DNA from: Octopus sinensis
Lineage: Eukaryota
Length of the DNA stretch: 64,000 bases
Assembly: GCF_006345805.1 (NCBI RefSeq)
Contig: NC_043011.1
Coordinates: 5,270,001 to 5,334,000 of the forward strand
Direction: 5' to 3'
The notes under the pieces are model-generated. The model was not told the origin of the DNA. It saw nothing but the letters and a program-made list of their open reading frames with translations, and did no database searches. Both the position numbers and the translations under genes were made by a program. Below are positions 63,210 through 64,000 of this stretch, one piece after another (within the stretch, counting starts at the first letter, position 1; the number at the start of each line of letters is the position of its first letter).

Positions 63210-63532
63210 TATATATATGTGTGTTTATTTCCTCCCTGCCTGAGGTTACCGTGGTCTTTTCTGTAGGCTTTTCTTTCCAAAGATGAACCTAATCGTGTTT
63301 GTTACTTTGAAAAAAAATACATTTTTTTTCTTTCTGTGATACACGATCCCTTTTGATCGCTTTTTTTTTCTTCCGATCCCTTTTGATCGAAATTTTACAT
63401 TTATTTCCTTTATTTCTTCTTTTTCCTTTTCCATCTCTGAAAAGAAAAGCTCTACATTTGTAATTGTCCCCTCTGTGTCCAGCCCTGTGTGGCCAATAAA
63501 AAAAGTTATCTATCTATCTGTCTATCTATGTA

Positions 63533-63591
<59 letters not shown>

Positions 63592-64000
63592 GTCTATGAA
63601 TCTGTCTGTCTATCTATCCGTCTGTCTGTCTGCTTTTATAAAACGAAAACGCAGAATGATTACAGATAAAATGCTAATTCAGGGTTGGTCTGGTGTTAAA
63701 CAAGTTAAACAATAACAACTTTATTTCTTTACATAGAAATCAACATGTTGTTATTTCGTGCGTATATAATATGGATAAATACATAAATAATTCAGTAGTT
63801 ATATAAGTCAATGCGTATTTAACTTCTAGCTTGTACTTCTCAATCGCTTTTGTTCAAACACCTTTCTTTAGTCCCGGAGAATCATCAAGCACCCCGTTTC
63901 ATCTTTTCGTGGTCATTAAAATGTGTACCAGTTGAACACTGGGGTCGATGTAATTGACTTACATTTTCCCCCCGAACATGCTCGCCTTATTCCAAAATTT

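Overview
Repeat-dense, AT-rich metazoan DNA. The SINE, RTE and microsatellite landscape is most consistent with an octopus (coleoid cephalopod) genome; this is inference. The only host gene signal is the first coding exon of a cysteine dioxygenase (CDO1-like, minus strand, 37721-37878), with a TATA/CCAAT/CRE-like promoter. No exon 2 was found, so bases 1-37.7 kb appear to be one very large intron. The rest is mobile DNA: four tRNA-derived SINE families, a near-full-length RTE LINE with an internal PHD-type finger, a CR1-like LINE tail, a full-length mariner, a decayed Ty3/gypsy, two Penelope-like element (PLE) fragments, a canonical Helitron carrying a locally duplicated segment, and Merlin and piggyBac-type MITEs. 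The most striking unannotated signal is a set of about eleven minimal type I hammerhead ribozyme motifs from several unrelated PLE/retrozyme-like families. These include natural C3-G8, U3-A8 and G3-C8 versions of the catalytic pair, a 680-bp near-perfect palindrome with a hammerhead on each strand, and tandem microsatellite-flanked monomers. Nearly all ORF-track entries outside the transposons are artefacts of microsatellites and SINEs.
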